Origin: Candidatus Gastranaerophilales bacterium
GTDB lineage: Bacteria; Cyanobacteriota; Vampirovibrionia; Gastranaerophilales; Gastranaerophilaceae
Length of the DNA: 64,000 nucleotides
Reading direction: 5' to 3'
Assembly: GCA_944322975.1 (NCBI GenBank)
Contig: CALUQS010000038.1
Span: 190-64,189, forward strand
Below are positions 9,310-17,929 of the stretch, in pieces; the first letter of the stretch is position 1; each line of letters opens with the position of its first letter. The notes beneath the pieces were generated by a model, which was given only the letters and a program-made list of their open reading frames with translations, did not search any database and had not been told where the DNA came from. Made by a program: the position numbers and the translations under genes.

Positions 9310-10062
9310 CTATTTTGTCCGGACTTTTTTGAGGCACAAATCTTTACATAAAATAATTTTTACAGCCTCGCCTGCTTTTGCGTGGTACTTAAGCCCCGGT
9401 GTAACAAGACCTGTAATTAAACCGACCGTGCAGCCGACAGGAATACCTATTGCAAAACCTGTACCGAGTTTTGCAGGGTTAGGAATAAACGCAAAACCGA
9501 CACCTGCACCGGCACCTACTGCACCGAGCCCCACAGTTGAACCTGCAATTTTAGCTGCTGTCATCCACGGCCCTTCTTTAAGAGCGCCGTCTTTAGTGAA
9601 TGGCTTTGCTGACATTGCCATAGCTGAGCCGTCAGGGAATACTATGCATTCAAAGTTCAAATAAACTCTTGCGTTTTTGTTAAACCATTTTGGTTTTTCT
9701 ATTTTTAAAATTGTAGCAACAACTTTTGAATTTGCAGGAATCAACAAAGTTCCTTCCTGTGTATAAATAGCTTCAGGAGCAACAAAGTTTACTCTTTCGC
9801 CTGCTTTAGCGTTTTCTGACCATAATTTGCAATCAAAAACAATTTGCATAACATTGCCTTTTGTTATGATATTGCTGTTGTTTGTGATTAAAACAAGGTC
9901 AGACTGTGCTTTCTTTTCTTTAAACATGTGCTCTTGAGCAATTACACCCGGATAATTGACAGCACCGGCCGCAAAAGCCTGCGCACCTAAGAGCATAATC
10001 ATAAATGTTGAAACTACTTTTCGGGATAAATTTTTAGTAAAAGTTGTTTTTAACGATTTCAT
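9310..10062 (-). CDS. Secreted protein with a C-terminal glycine-zipper membrane segment
   Basis: 250 aa. Signal-like N-terminus (MIMLLGAQAFAAGA), a beta-rich middle, and a C-terminal GSTVGLGAVGAGAGVGFAF...GIPVGCTVGLITGL glycine zipper. Confidence 0.6.
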   Translation of the reverse strand: MKSLKTTFTKNLSRKVVSTFMIMLLGAQAFAAGAVNYPGVIAQEHMFKEKKAQSDLVLITNNSNIITKGNVMQIVFDCKLWSENAKAGERVNFVAPEAIYTQEGTLLIPANSKVVATILKIEKPKWFNKNARVYLNFECIVFPDGSAMAMSAKPFTKDGALKEGPWMTAAKIAGSTVGLGAVGAGAGVGFAFIPNPAKLGTGFAIGIPVGCTVGLITGLVTPGLKYHAKAGEAVKIILCKDLCLKKVRTK

Positions 10063-10184
10063 AATTTTATCCTCCGGTTTAGATATTTAGGGAAATACAC
10101 TCATAATTTGTAGTTATATTAACATAATGTTGTTATAATAACAATATGTATATTACAAAATTGAATAAAAATTTAAATCACTCT

Positions 10185-11222
10185 TTAGACGTATTTTAGT
10201 GCAACTTTAAGACAGTTATCACATTTGTTTTTAAAGTAATTATAAGCGCATTCTATATCGTTAAAATCAAAGTATTTTGATATTAAAACTCCGGTTGAAA
10301 TTTCTTTATTTTCAATCATTTTCAACAATTTTAGACAATGGAGCGCATCAACACCGCCTGTTTTAAAAATCAAATTCTTGCCATACATCTCAGGCAGGGG
10401 AAGTATTTGATTTTGTTCATACATAGCAACTATTGCAACAATTGCGTTGGCTCTTGCAATCTGCCACGCCATTTGGAAAGTGTTATTTCCTCCTGCAGCT
10501 TCAATTACGCAATCTGCGCCTCTGTTTTTGGTAAGTTTTAAGACCTCATCGCAGACATTTTGTTTATCTGGGTTTATTACAAAATCAGTATAACCGTTAT
10601 TTTTTACAAGGTTCAGTCTGTAATCATCAATATCAATACCGATAATTTGTTTTGCGCCCATTGCTCTTGCACACTGCATTGCACAAATACCAACAGGGCC
10701 GCAGCCTATAACAGCAACAGTGTCTTCAGGTTTGACCTCACAAAGCTCTGCACCGAAATACCCGCTTGAAAGTATGTCGCCAACAAACAATGCTTCGCTG
10801 TAGCTTATGGAGTCAGGTATTTTTGTTAATCCTGTGTCTGCAAACGGAACTCTTACATACTCTGCCTGACATCCGTCTATGCAACAGCCGAGTTTCCAGC
10901 CGCCATTTTGACAGTTGTTTATAAAGCCGTGTTTGCAAAAATAGCATTCCCCGCAAAAGGTCTCACAGTTTGCGCTGACTCTGTCGCCTATTGATAAATT
11001 GGTGACACCGGGGCCGAGTTCTACAATTTCTCCGACAAACTCATGCCCGAGTGTTATCCCTTTATTTGCGTTTGGCACTGCACCGTTTATTATATGAAGG
11101 TCGCTTGTGCAAATCGAGGACAGAGTAACTTTAACAATTGCATCGCGCGGATCAAGAATTTGCGGTTTTGGTTTTTCTATAAGTTTAATTTTGTGTAAAT
11201 CTTCCCAGATAAGTGCATTCAT
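10185..11222 (-). CDS. Zinc-dependent alcohol dehydrogenase (MDR superfamily)
   Basis: GHEFVGEIVELG zinc signature, structural-zinc Cys cluster (CETFCGECYFC) and GCGPVG Rossmann motif. Start placed at MNALIWED; the ORF-track start at 11345 adds 41 implausible residues. Confidence 0.85.
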   Translation of the reverse strand: MNALIWEDLHKIKLIEKPKPQILDPRDAIVKVTLSSICTSDLHIINGAVPNANKGITLGHEFVGEIVELGPGVTNLSIGDRVSANCETFCGECYFCKHGFINNCQNGGWKLGCCIDGCQAEYVRVPFADTGLTKIPDSISYSEALFVGDILSSGYFGAELCEVKPEDTVAVIGCGPVGICAMQCARAMGAKQIIGIDIDDYRLNLVKNNGYTDFVINPDKQNVCDEVLKLTKNRGADCVIEAAGGNNTFQMAWQIARANAIVAIVAMYEQNQILPLPEMYGKNLIFKTGGVDALHCLKLLKMIENKEISTGVLISKYFDFNDIECAYNYFKNKCDNCLKVALKYV

Positions 11223-11452
11223 ATTTTTTCCCGATTTAAGTATTGCAAATTTATTATACACGATTGAGCAGGTTTGTGTTTTAAAAAATATTTTTATATT
11301 ATTATATGTGTATGTTTGTTCAGTTAGGCAGGTATGCCCAGCCACAACTACAAAGAACTAAATTTGCCTCGGTAGCCGGAGCGAGCGCAGCTTGCGACTT
11401 TAAAAATTAAAATGGCAGCTCTATCCAACCGTGGTATGACAACTAAATATTT

Positions 11453-11526
11453 GCCTCGGTAGCTCAGTTGGATAGAGCGATAGCGTCCTAAGCTGTGCGT
11501 CGTTGGTTCGAGTCCAATCCGGGGCA
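11453..11526 (+). tRNA. tRNA-Arg (anticodon CCU)
   Basis: 74-nt cloverleaf folded by hand. Acceptor GCCTCGG/CCGGGGC, D-arm GCTC-AGTTGGATA-GAGC, anticodon stem ATAGC/GCTGT with loop GT-CCT-AA, T-arm GTTGG-TTCGAGT-CCAAT, discriminator A. CCA is not encoded. Confidence 0.9.
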
Positions 11527-11563
11527 GATTTTTTAATTTGTTCATCTTTTGTATTTGCGGACT

Positions 11564-11686
11564 CTCACGATTCGGATTTTCTGTTAGAAAATCCTCACTG
11601 GTTCTACCCATACGAGTATCCTGATGCGTACGGCTCGTGTTTACTCGCCTACGCCTCAGGAGAGTCCAATTTGGGGCAGATTTTTT
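11564..11686 (+). repeat. Copy 1 of a ~120-bp direct repeat ending in a copy of the tRNA-Arg 3' end
   Basis: Near-identical to 11838..11958. It ends GAGTCCAATTTGGGGCAGATTTTTT, compared with the tRNA 3' end GAGTCCAATCCGGGGCAGATTTTTT. It contains the perfect hairpin GGATTTTC-TGTTA-GAAAATCC. Confidence 0.85.
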
Positions 11687-11837
11687 GTTAAATTTTTGCC
11701 TTGTCTTTGATTATTGACGTTCACAAGGTTTTGAACTTCATTTCAAATTTTTATTCTAAAAATTTTGCATTCCGTTAACCTTGTTCACATGGGCACTGGG
11801 ATCGTTTCACTCACACGGTGTGCCCGTCAAAATCCGC

Positions 11838-11958
11838 CTCACGATTCGGATTTTCTGTTAGAAAATCCTCACTGGTTCTACCCATACGAGTATCCTGATG
11901 CGTACGGCTCGTGTTACTTGCCTACGCCTCAGGAGAGTCCAATTTTGGGCAGATTTTT
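11838..11958 (+). repeat. Copy 2 of the ~120-bp direct repeat ending in a tRNA-Arg 3'-end-like sequence
   Basis: Aligns with copy 1 over its whole length with a handful of substitutions or indels (e.g. GTGTTTACTCGCC vs GTGTTACTTGCC). Confidence 0.85.
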
Positions 11959-12005
11959 GAAAATACAAAGGGTGTTTTATAGCGTATTATGTGTATTTAA
12001 GTATA

Positions 12006-12518
12006 TTATTTTGAGTAATTAGATTCTTTATCTGTATTCTCTGATGCTTCTTTACGTGCTGTTTTTCGTGATTCTTTACGGGCGTAATGTTGTTTTGTAG
12101 ATTCTTTTAAATGACATCTCTTCAAAATTTTTTGATATGCTTCTGCACGTTCCTGTGGATCTTCTATCAACTGTGCTTCCGCCATTTTTTCATCAAAAAT
12201 TCTTTTTCTGTTAGCATAAGATACCATTTTTACTTTTGTTGTTCCGTGTATTACCATTGGTATTCCTATTGGAGCTGTGAGAATCAACGCTGTTAAAACA
12301 CCGCCTATGGAAAGTTCTGTTATAGATGCCGCTTTACTAAAATCTGTGCGGGGATTTCTGTATTTAGGCGCTACATATTCTTCCCATTTTGGGGCATCGT
12401 CATAAGCAATTTGCTGTTTTGTACTTGTCTGTAAATTTTGAGAAGTATCTAACGCAAAAACAGTGCTTGTAGTGCTCATAATACAAGCTATTAAAAGAAA
12501 TACAAATATTTTTTTCAT
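12006..12518 (-). CDS. Hypothetical secreted/membrane protein
   Basis: Signal peptide MKKIFVFLLIACIMSTTSTVFA, an internal hydrophobic helix (ELSIGGVLTALILTAPIGIPMVI) and a basic C-terminal tail. Start placed at the 4th codon of the tracked ORF. Confidence 0.55.
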   Translation of the reverse strand: MKKIFVFLLIACIMSTTSTVFALDTSQNLQTSTKQQIAYDDAPKWEEYVAPKYRNPRTDFSKAASITELSIGGVLTALILTAPIGIPMVIHGTTKVKMVSYANRKRIFDEKMAEAQLIEDPQERAEAYQKILKRCHLKESTKQHYARKESRKTARKEASENTDKESNYSK

Positions 12519-12988
12519 TGCACACACAATATCATAATAACTTTTATTACTATAACATTAATTCTGTCAAAAAACAATTTAATAGCTTTAAAACCGTTGA
12601 GAAAAGATTGTAGGTTATGTTATTAAAGCTGAAAATGTATATTTCAAAGAAGATTTTGGGATCATGCTATTACGTCTGAAAAAAGTTAAACAATCAAATT
12701 GATTACATTCACTAAAACCCTGTTAAACACGGACTTGTTAACAATGTAAAAGACTGTCAGTATTCATCTTTTCATAAATTTGTAAAGCAAGGTTTATATG
12801 AAAGTAGAGGCAGTGTTAAAGAGATTGAAAATATTAAAGATTTAGATTTTGAATAGTCTTTACCTGTTGCATTTTTCATCATACCAGTGTTACTGTGCAT
12901 AAGGGGCTTTCTACGCCGGAAATCACATTGCATGTCATACATTGCGTAATAATTAGCCCGATTTTTTATAGCGTGTTAACATGTTACC

Positions 12989-15103
12989 ATGCCAAAAATA
13001 TTGTTAGTATCGGACAACAAAAAACAAATAGAACTTATTTCTCAGGTTCTTGCCAAAACCTCAATTGCAGTCATAACCTCATCAGACGAGGAGGCAATAC
13101 TCAATTATGTTGAAAAAAATCTGATATCAATGATTATTATTGACGAGGAGGTTAAAAAACCTGATGCAATAATACTCTGCAAAAAGCTCAGAGCCTTTAA
13201 TATAAAAGATAATATTGCGATAATAAGCGTCATAGAGCCTGATACCGATAATGTTGAGCTTTTAAAATTAACAAATGCATATATTACAAAACCGATAAAC
13301 GAAAAAGTTCTTTCAGCAGCCGTAAGTACAAATTTAAAGTTAAAAAAAGCTATTGATACACTTTCAACTAACAATAGCGAACTGGCAAAAAGTCTTTATC
13401 AGCTTGATGTTTTGTATAATACCTCAACACAGCTTGCCGGCTCTTTAGACAAACAAAAACTTATTAATATAATGATAGACGGACTGGAAAAGAGCCTGAG
13501 TTTTTCACTTTCATCAACGCTTGTTTTTAATGACGAACATAATGTGGATTTAATCATAAATTCTCTGTACGGAATTTCGCCGAGGCTTGAACACTCATTA
13601 AAGCTAAGGGCAATACTTAGCTATAGGGCGCTTTTTGACCAAAAACGGATTCCTTATGACATAAACATAAAAGATATAAAAGTCACAAAAAATATCAAAC
13701 ACCCTCTTGAAGAGTACGACCTTAATATATTAAAATTTGACAATCTTTTTGCACCTATAAATGTGGGTGAGAAGTTTTTCGGGCTTATAGAAGTTTTCAG
13801 GGAAACCGATTTTTCTCAGGAGGATACAACCTGTTTTCAGACACTAGCAAGACAGGTATCTTTGCCGTTGGAAAATGCTTCGTTGTATGAAGAAATCAAA
13901 AAAACTAATACAAAACTTGAAAAACTGGAGCGTTTAAAATCCGAGTTTATTTCAATAGTATCGCATGAATTGCGTACACCGCTTACCGCAATAAAAAATT
14001 CTTTAGAAATCTGTCTGAGCGGTAAAGCCGGTGAGGTAAGCCTGATTATGGATAAGTTTTTAAATATGGCAAAACGCAATGTAACAAGACTTTCAGGAAT
14101 TATTAACGACCTGTTGGATTTGTCAAAGGTAGAAGCAGGAAAAATGGACTTTAAGTTTGAAAAAGCCAACATTAACACGCCTGTTGAATTTATAAAAAAC
14201 ACTTTTGAAAACCTTGCGAAAGAAAAGAATATTACTTTAGAGCTTGAAAAAGATGACAATCTGGAATTAACTTACTACGATAACCAGCGTATAGAACAGG
14301 TTATGTCTAATCTGATTTCTAATGCCATAAAATTCACAAATGAAAACGGAAAAATTGTAATCCGCACTGAAAAAATAACTTCAGACAGTATTGATAAATC
14401 AAAATTATCAACTACAGATAATACCGTATTTTACAACAATTATATAAAAATATCCGTACAGGATAACGGTATAGGTATTGCGCAGGAAGACCAAAATAAA
14501 GTGTTTGATCAGTTCCAGCAGATAGAAAACTCTCTTAACAGAAAAAACGGCGGTACGGGTCTGGGGCTGCCTATTGCAAAACAGCTTATTGAAGCACACA
14601 GAGGTTTTATCTGGGTAGACAGTGTACCTAACAGCGGGACAACTTTCTCTTTTGTTGTACCTGTATTAAGTGAAAAAGAAAAATTTATAATTGACCTTGA
14701 AAAAGAAACGGCAAAGGCAAAAGCTTGTAACCAAAGCCTTTTGCTTGTGCTGATTAAAGAAAACAAAAATCATGTTCCCTCCTTTATTGACGATGTTAAT
14801 GAGGGAAAGATTACAATAATGAGAAAAACCGCCAACACTAAAGAAGCTTATTTTAATGAAAAGCAGGATAAATACCTTGCGGTTATGATTCCCGAAGCTG
14901 ATAAATTCGCGCAAAGTTTTATAGAAAAGAAAATAGACAGCACTGTAATGTCCTTTAATAATAATCAAACAGAAGAAAAATATGATATATTGTATTCATC
15001 AACAACTTATCCGCAGGGCGGGGCTGATGCAAAGGAACTGTTTGAATTTGTTGAAAAATCACTGGATAAGGATATTAAAGAAAACGATTTTGCGGAGGTG
15101 TAA
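12989..15103 (+). CDS. Hybrid sensor histidine kinase (N-terminal receiver-like domain, GAF-like region, HisKA, HATPase_c, unassigned ~140-aa C-terminal extension)
   Basis: 704 aa. REC-like N-terminus (ILLVSDN...MIIIDEE...ITKP), H-box FISIVSHELRTPL, N-box MSNLISNAIKFT and G-boxes DNGIGI / GGTGLGLPIAK. Confidence 0.9.
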   Translation: MPKILLVSDNKKQIELISQVLAKTSIAVITSSDEEAILNYVEKNLISMIIIDEEVKKPDAIILCKKLRAFNIKDNIAIISVIEPDTDNVELLKLTNAYITKPINEKVLSAAVSTNLKLKKAIDTLSTNNSELAKSLYQLDVLYNTSTQLAGSLDKQKLINIMIDGLEKSLSFSLSSTLVFNDEHNVDLIINSLYGISPRLEHSLKLRAILSYRALFDQKRIPYDINIKDIKVTKNIKHPLEEYDLNILKFDNLFAPINVGEKFFGLIEVFRETDFSQEDTTCFQTLARQVSLPLENASLYEEIKKTNTKLEKLERLKSEFISIVSHELRTPLTAIKNSLEICLSGKAGEVSLIMDKFLNMAKRNVTRLSGIINDLLDLSKVEAGKMDFKFEKANINTPVEFIKNTFENLAKEKNITLELEKDDNLELTYYDNQRIEQVMSNLISNAIKFTNENGKIVIRTEKITSDSIDKSKLSTTDNTVFYNNYIKISVQDNGIGIAQEDQNKVFDQFQQIENSLNRKNGGTGLGLPIAKQLIEAHRGFIWVDSVPNSGTTFSFVVPVLSEKEKFIIDLEKETAKAKACNQSLLLVLIKENKNHVPSFIDDVNEGKITIMRKTANTKEAYFNEKQDKYLAVMIPEADKFAQSFIEKKIDSTVMSFNNNQTEEKYDILYSSTTYPQGGADAKELFEFVEKSLDKDIKENDFAEV

Positions 15104-15109
15104 AATAAA

Positions 15110-15481
15110 ATGAGTGACAGCAAGAAAATTCTTATTGTTGATGATGAACAGGATATTGTAGAAACACTTAAATTTATGCTTGAGGCGCAGGGATATGAAT
15201 GTTTTTGTGCATATGACGGGGAAGCAGGTTTGAACATGGCTAAAGAAATCATGCCGGATTTAATGATTCTTGATGTTATGATGCCTAAAATCAACGGATA
15301 TAAAATAAGCCGTCTTTTAAAATATGACAACAAATACAAAGATATCCCCATTATTATGCTGACAGCGCGTTCACAAGACGGCGACAAACTAATCGGACAG
15401 GAAACCGGTGTAAACGAATACATAACAAAGCCGTTTGAGCTTGATGATGTTATAAATAAAGTAAAAGAATATCTCTCGTAA
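15110..15481 (+). CDS. Stand-alone CheY-like response regulator receiver protein
   Basis: 123 aa with ILIVDDE, DLMILDVMMP, IIMLTAR and YITKPF motifs. It starts 7 nt after the kinase stop. Confidence 0.9.
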   Translation: MSDSKKILIVDDEQDIVETLKFMLEAQGYECFCAYDGEAGLNMAKEIMPDLMILDVMMPKINGYKISRLLKYDNKYKDIPIIMLTARSQDGDKLIGQETGVNEYITKPFELDDVINKVKEYLS

Positions 15482-15493
15482 AGCAGGCGCAAA

Positions 15494-16888
15494 ATGGAGT
15501 TTGTAAGAAATAAAACGCTAGAAAAATTAAAATACGACCTTGTAAGAGACAACCTGATAAAGTATGAAGATTTAGAAACAGCGGAACAGGTTGCCGATGC
15601 CCAGCACGTTAACATAGGACAGGTGCTGATATCCTCAGGTCTTATCGAAGAAGATACACTGCTTAAATTTTTAGAAAGCAAACTTCATATTCCGTACGTA
15701 AATCTTGATGATTACTCTCTCGATAAGAAGTGTCTTGGTTATATAAATCTTAATAATGCACAAAAGTATAAAGTTATCCCGTTATTTGAAATTGAGGGAA
15801 TTTTAACAGTTGCAATGTCTGATCCTCTTGATTTGTTTGCTATAGACAAAATTGTCGAGGATGCAAAATGTGAAATTGAGCCGGTTATATCTTCCGAAAA
15901 CGCAATTATTAAGAAAATAGAGGAGTATTATACAAGCTCTAGTTCTGTCGGACAGATTTTTATTGATGAAGACAGGCCAAAATACGATTGGAGAGAAGTT
16001 CTAAACGAGCAGGATATTACTAACAGTTTGTCTGATGAACATATCCAAAAAATGATACGGGCAATATTAAAGCAGGCTATACTTTTGAATGTGCATGAAC
16101 TTTTCTTTGAACATGCGCCTAACGGTTTAAGTGTAATATTTAAGGATAATTCCCAAAATATTCTTACCGGTGAAATTCCGTCAGTACTTGTTTCATCATT
16201 TATTGCAAGACTAAAAATGCTGTCGAATCTTGATCCGACAGTATCAGAATTGCCTCAGCTTGGAAAGTTAAGTTTTAAGGTTGATGATGTAGCTTTGATA
16301 GCTAGTATTTCTGCTTTTCCTACAATTCACGGAGAAAGAATTTCCATTAAAATATATAAACCGCCTAAAAAACTATCAGAGTGCGGACTTGATGATAAAA
16401 AAATAAGTATTATATCAAAAGCAATAAATAATCCCGGAATAATACTTGTTTGCGGGTCGTCATTGTGCGGAAAAACACATATGATATATTCGATTCTGTC
16501 AGAAATCACTAATAATAACAAAAATGTTATGACAATAGAGTCAATTACAAAATATAATCTGGAAAATGTTAACCAGTGTGAACTTAATGAACATATAAGC
16601 TTTAACCTTGATAAGGCAATGCGTTTTATAGAGTTTCAATCGCCTGATATTTTGTATTTTGAAGGGATAAATACAAAAGAAGGTCTTGATTATTTTACTT
16701 CGCTTGTCTTTAAAAACAAGACATTAATTACAGAATTTTTAGCTGAAAATATTGCAGATTTGATGAAAAAGTTTTCTCTCAACGAATTCTCTATGTTCAA
16801 ATCAATGCTAACGTGTTTAATATTTTTGCATAATAAAGAGAGTATAGAGGTCTTTGACAAAGCTGCACTTGAAAAATACTTCAGTTGA
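15494..16888 (+). CDS. PilB/GspE-like protein with a T2SSE_N (MshEN-like) N-domain and a degenerate ATPase core
   Basis: 464 aa. N-terminus (DLETAEQVADAQHVNIGQVLISSGLIEEDTLLKFLESKLHIPYVNLDDY) is typical of GspE/PilB N-domains. Walker A is kept (GSSLCGKT). The Asp-box (IESITK), Walker B (SPDILYFEGINT) and His-box (LITEFLAEN) positions are not canonical. Confidence 0.7.
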   Translation: MEFVRNKTLEKLKYDLVRDNLIKYEDLETAEQVADAQHVNIGQVLISSGLIEEDTLLKFLESKLHIPYVNLDDYSLDKKCLGYINLNNAQKYKVIPLFEIEGILTVAMSDPLDLFAIDKIVEDAKCEIEPVISSENAIIKKIEEYYTSSSSVGQIFIDEDRPKYDWREVLNEQDITNSLSDEHIQKMIRAILKQAILLNVHELFFEHAPNGLSVIFKDNSQNILTGEIPSVLVSSFIARLKMLSNLDPTVSELPQLGKLSFKVDDVALIASISAFPTIHGERISIKIYKPPKKLSECGLDDKKISIISKAINNPGIILVCGSSLCGKTHMIYSILSEITNNNKNVMTIESITKYNLENVNQCELNEHISFNLDKAMRFIEFQSPDILYFEGINTKEGLDYFTSLVFKNKTLITEFLAENIADLMKKFSLNEFSMFKSMLTCLIFLHNKESIEVFDKAALEKYFS

Positions 16889-16898
16889 TTAATTAATT

Positions 16899-17783
16899 TT
16901 ATATTTGTGAATACGTTTTAAAATGTGTTTTTACCGCATTTTTTAATTCGTCTTTTGAAAATTGGGCCGCAATATTTTTTGCTGTCTCAAGTACATAAGA
17001 AGATGCACCTTTTGGTATTTCACAGCCGTATTTTTTAGATAATTCCGACATTCTCTTTAAAAACTGTTCTCTTGCAAGAATTGATGCGGCTGCAACGGCA
17101 ATATCAGCCTCTGCCTTACATCTTTGCTCCAGATGAATGTTTTTGCCTTTTTTCATTAATGCGTTTTTAATGAGTTTTTCATCCCCGAATTTGTCAGACA
17201 AAGCATAAGAACATTCTTTTTTTTCAAGAATATTTTCTATTGCTCTTGCGTGCCCCCAGGCAAGCAGCTGATTGAGATTGTTCATCTTAGAGTAAAGTTC
17301 ATTGTACTTTAAAGGGTTAATTGTAACTACTGAAAAGGTACAGTTGTTTTTTATAACAGAAGCGAGTCTGGCTATATTTTTATCATCGATTTTTTTGCAG
17401 TCTTTTATGCCGAATTCAGTTAAAAGCTTTGTATTATCTCTGTCAACAAGTACTGCTGCTATAACAAGCGGACCAAAAAAGTCGCCCTTGCCTGATTCAT
17501 CGCTTCCGATATGACAGGCAGGGATGTCTAAATCTGCAATGGTAGAGGCTGTGCTTGTATTTGAAACAGAGCCTAGAATATTTTCAAGCTGTGAAACTAT
17601 ATCAGATACATCTGCTCCTTGAATAAGAAATTTGCCTGTATTATAAAAGGTAGCGGTGTATTTAGGTGTTTTTACACGCCACAGAGCATTTTGTACAGGT
17701 GTAATAACAGCTCCGTTTTCAAGGAAAAATGATTTTAGCTCAGGCTCTATCGTTTTATCAACTTTTTGAGAATAACAGTTCAT
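16899..17783 (-). CDS. rnhC: Ribonuclease HIII
   Basis: Catalytic motif GSDESGKGDFFGPLVIAAV, a ~80-aa N-terminal extension and ~295 aa total, typical of RNase HIII. Start placed at MNCYSQ (GGAG SD 4 nt upstream). Confidence 0.8.
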   Translation of the reverse strand: MNCYSQKVDKTIEPELKSFFLENGAVITPVQNALWRVKTPKYTATFYNTGKFLIQGADVSDIVSQLENILGSVSNTSTASTIADLDIPACHIGSDESGKGDFFGPLVIAAVLVDRDNTKLLTEFGIKDCKKIDDKNIARLASVIKNNCTFSVVTINPLKYNELYSKMNNLNQLLAWGHARAIENILEKKECSYALSDKFGDEKLIKNALMKKGKNIHLEQRCKAEADIAVAAASILAREQFLKRMSELSKKYGCEIPKGASSYVLETAKNIAAQFSKDELKNAVKTHFKTYSQI

Positions 17784-17929
17784 AACACTCCACGATTTGT
17801 AAAATAACAATGTACAAACTATAACACAATAATGACATAAGATAAAAAGTATTATATAATTTTAGCTGATTAAGCATTAAAAATGCTAAAATCAAAAGGT
17901 AATGGTTCAGGTATTTCGGAGTCAGGAAG

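Noticed and set aside
11355-11452. Possible second tRNA or pseudo-tRNA upstream of tRNA-Arg (duplicated GCCTCGGTAGC plus an inverted GGTTGGATAGAGC).
   Set aside because: No cloverleaf can be drawn on either strand. There is no T-loop GTTCRA, no matching D-stem and no acceptor pairing. I kept it only as part of the repeat or scar observation.
11348-12022. Tracked ORFs 11348..11611 (-), 11503..11691 (+) and 11765..12022 (+).
   Set aside because: They read through the tRNA-Arg gene and the two ~120-bp repeats. The shared peptide HDSDFLLENPHWFYPYEYPDAYGSC is simply the repeat translated. They lack SD sequences and use non-ATG starts.
15007-15681. 224-aa minus-strand ORF spanning the kinase end, the CheY-like gene and the PilB-like start.
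   Set aside because: It is antisense to three well-supported genes. The sequence is Ser/Ile/Leu-rich and low-complexity, typical of shadow frames in AT-rich DNA.
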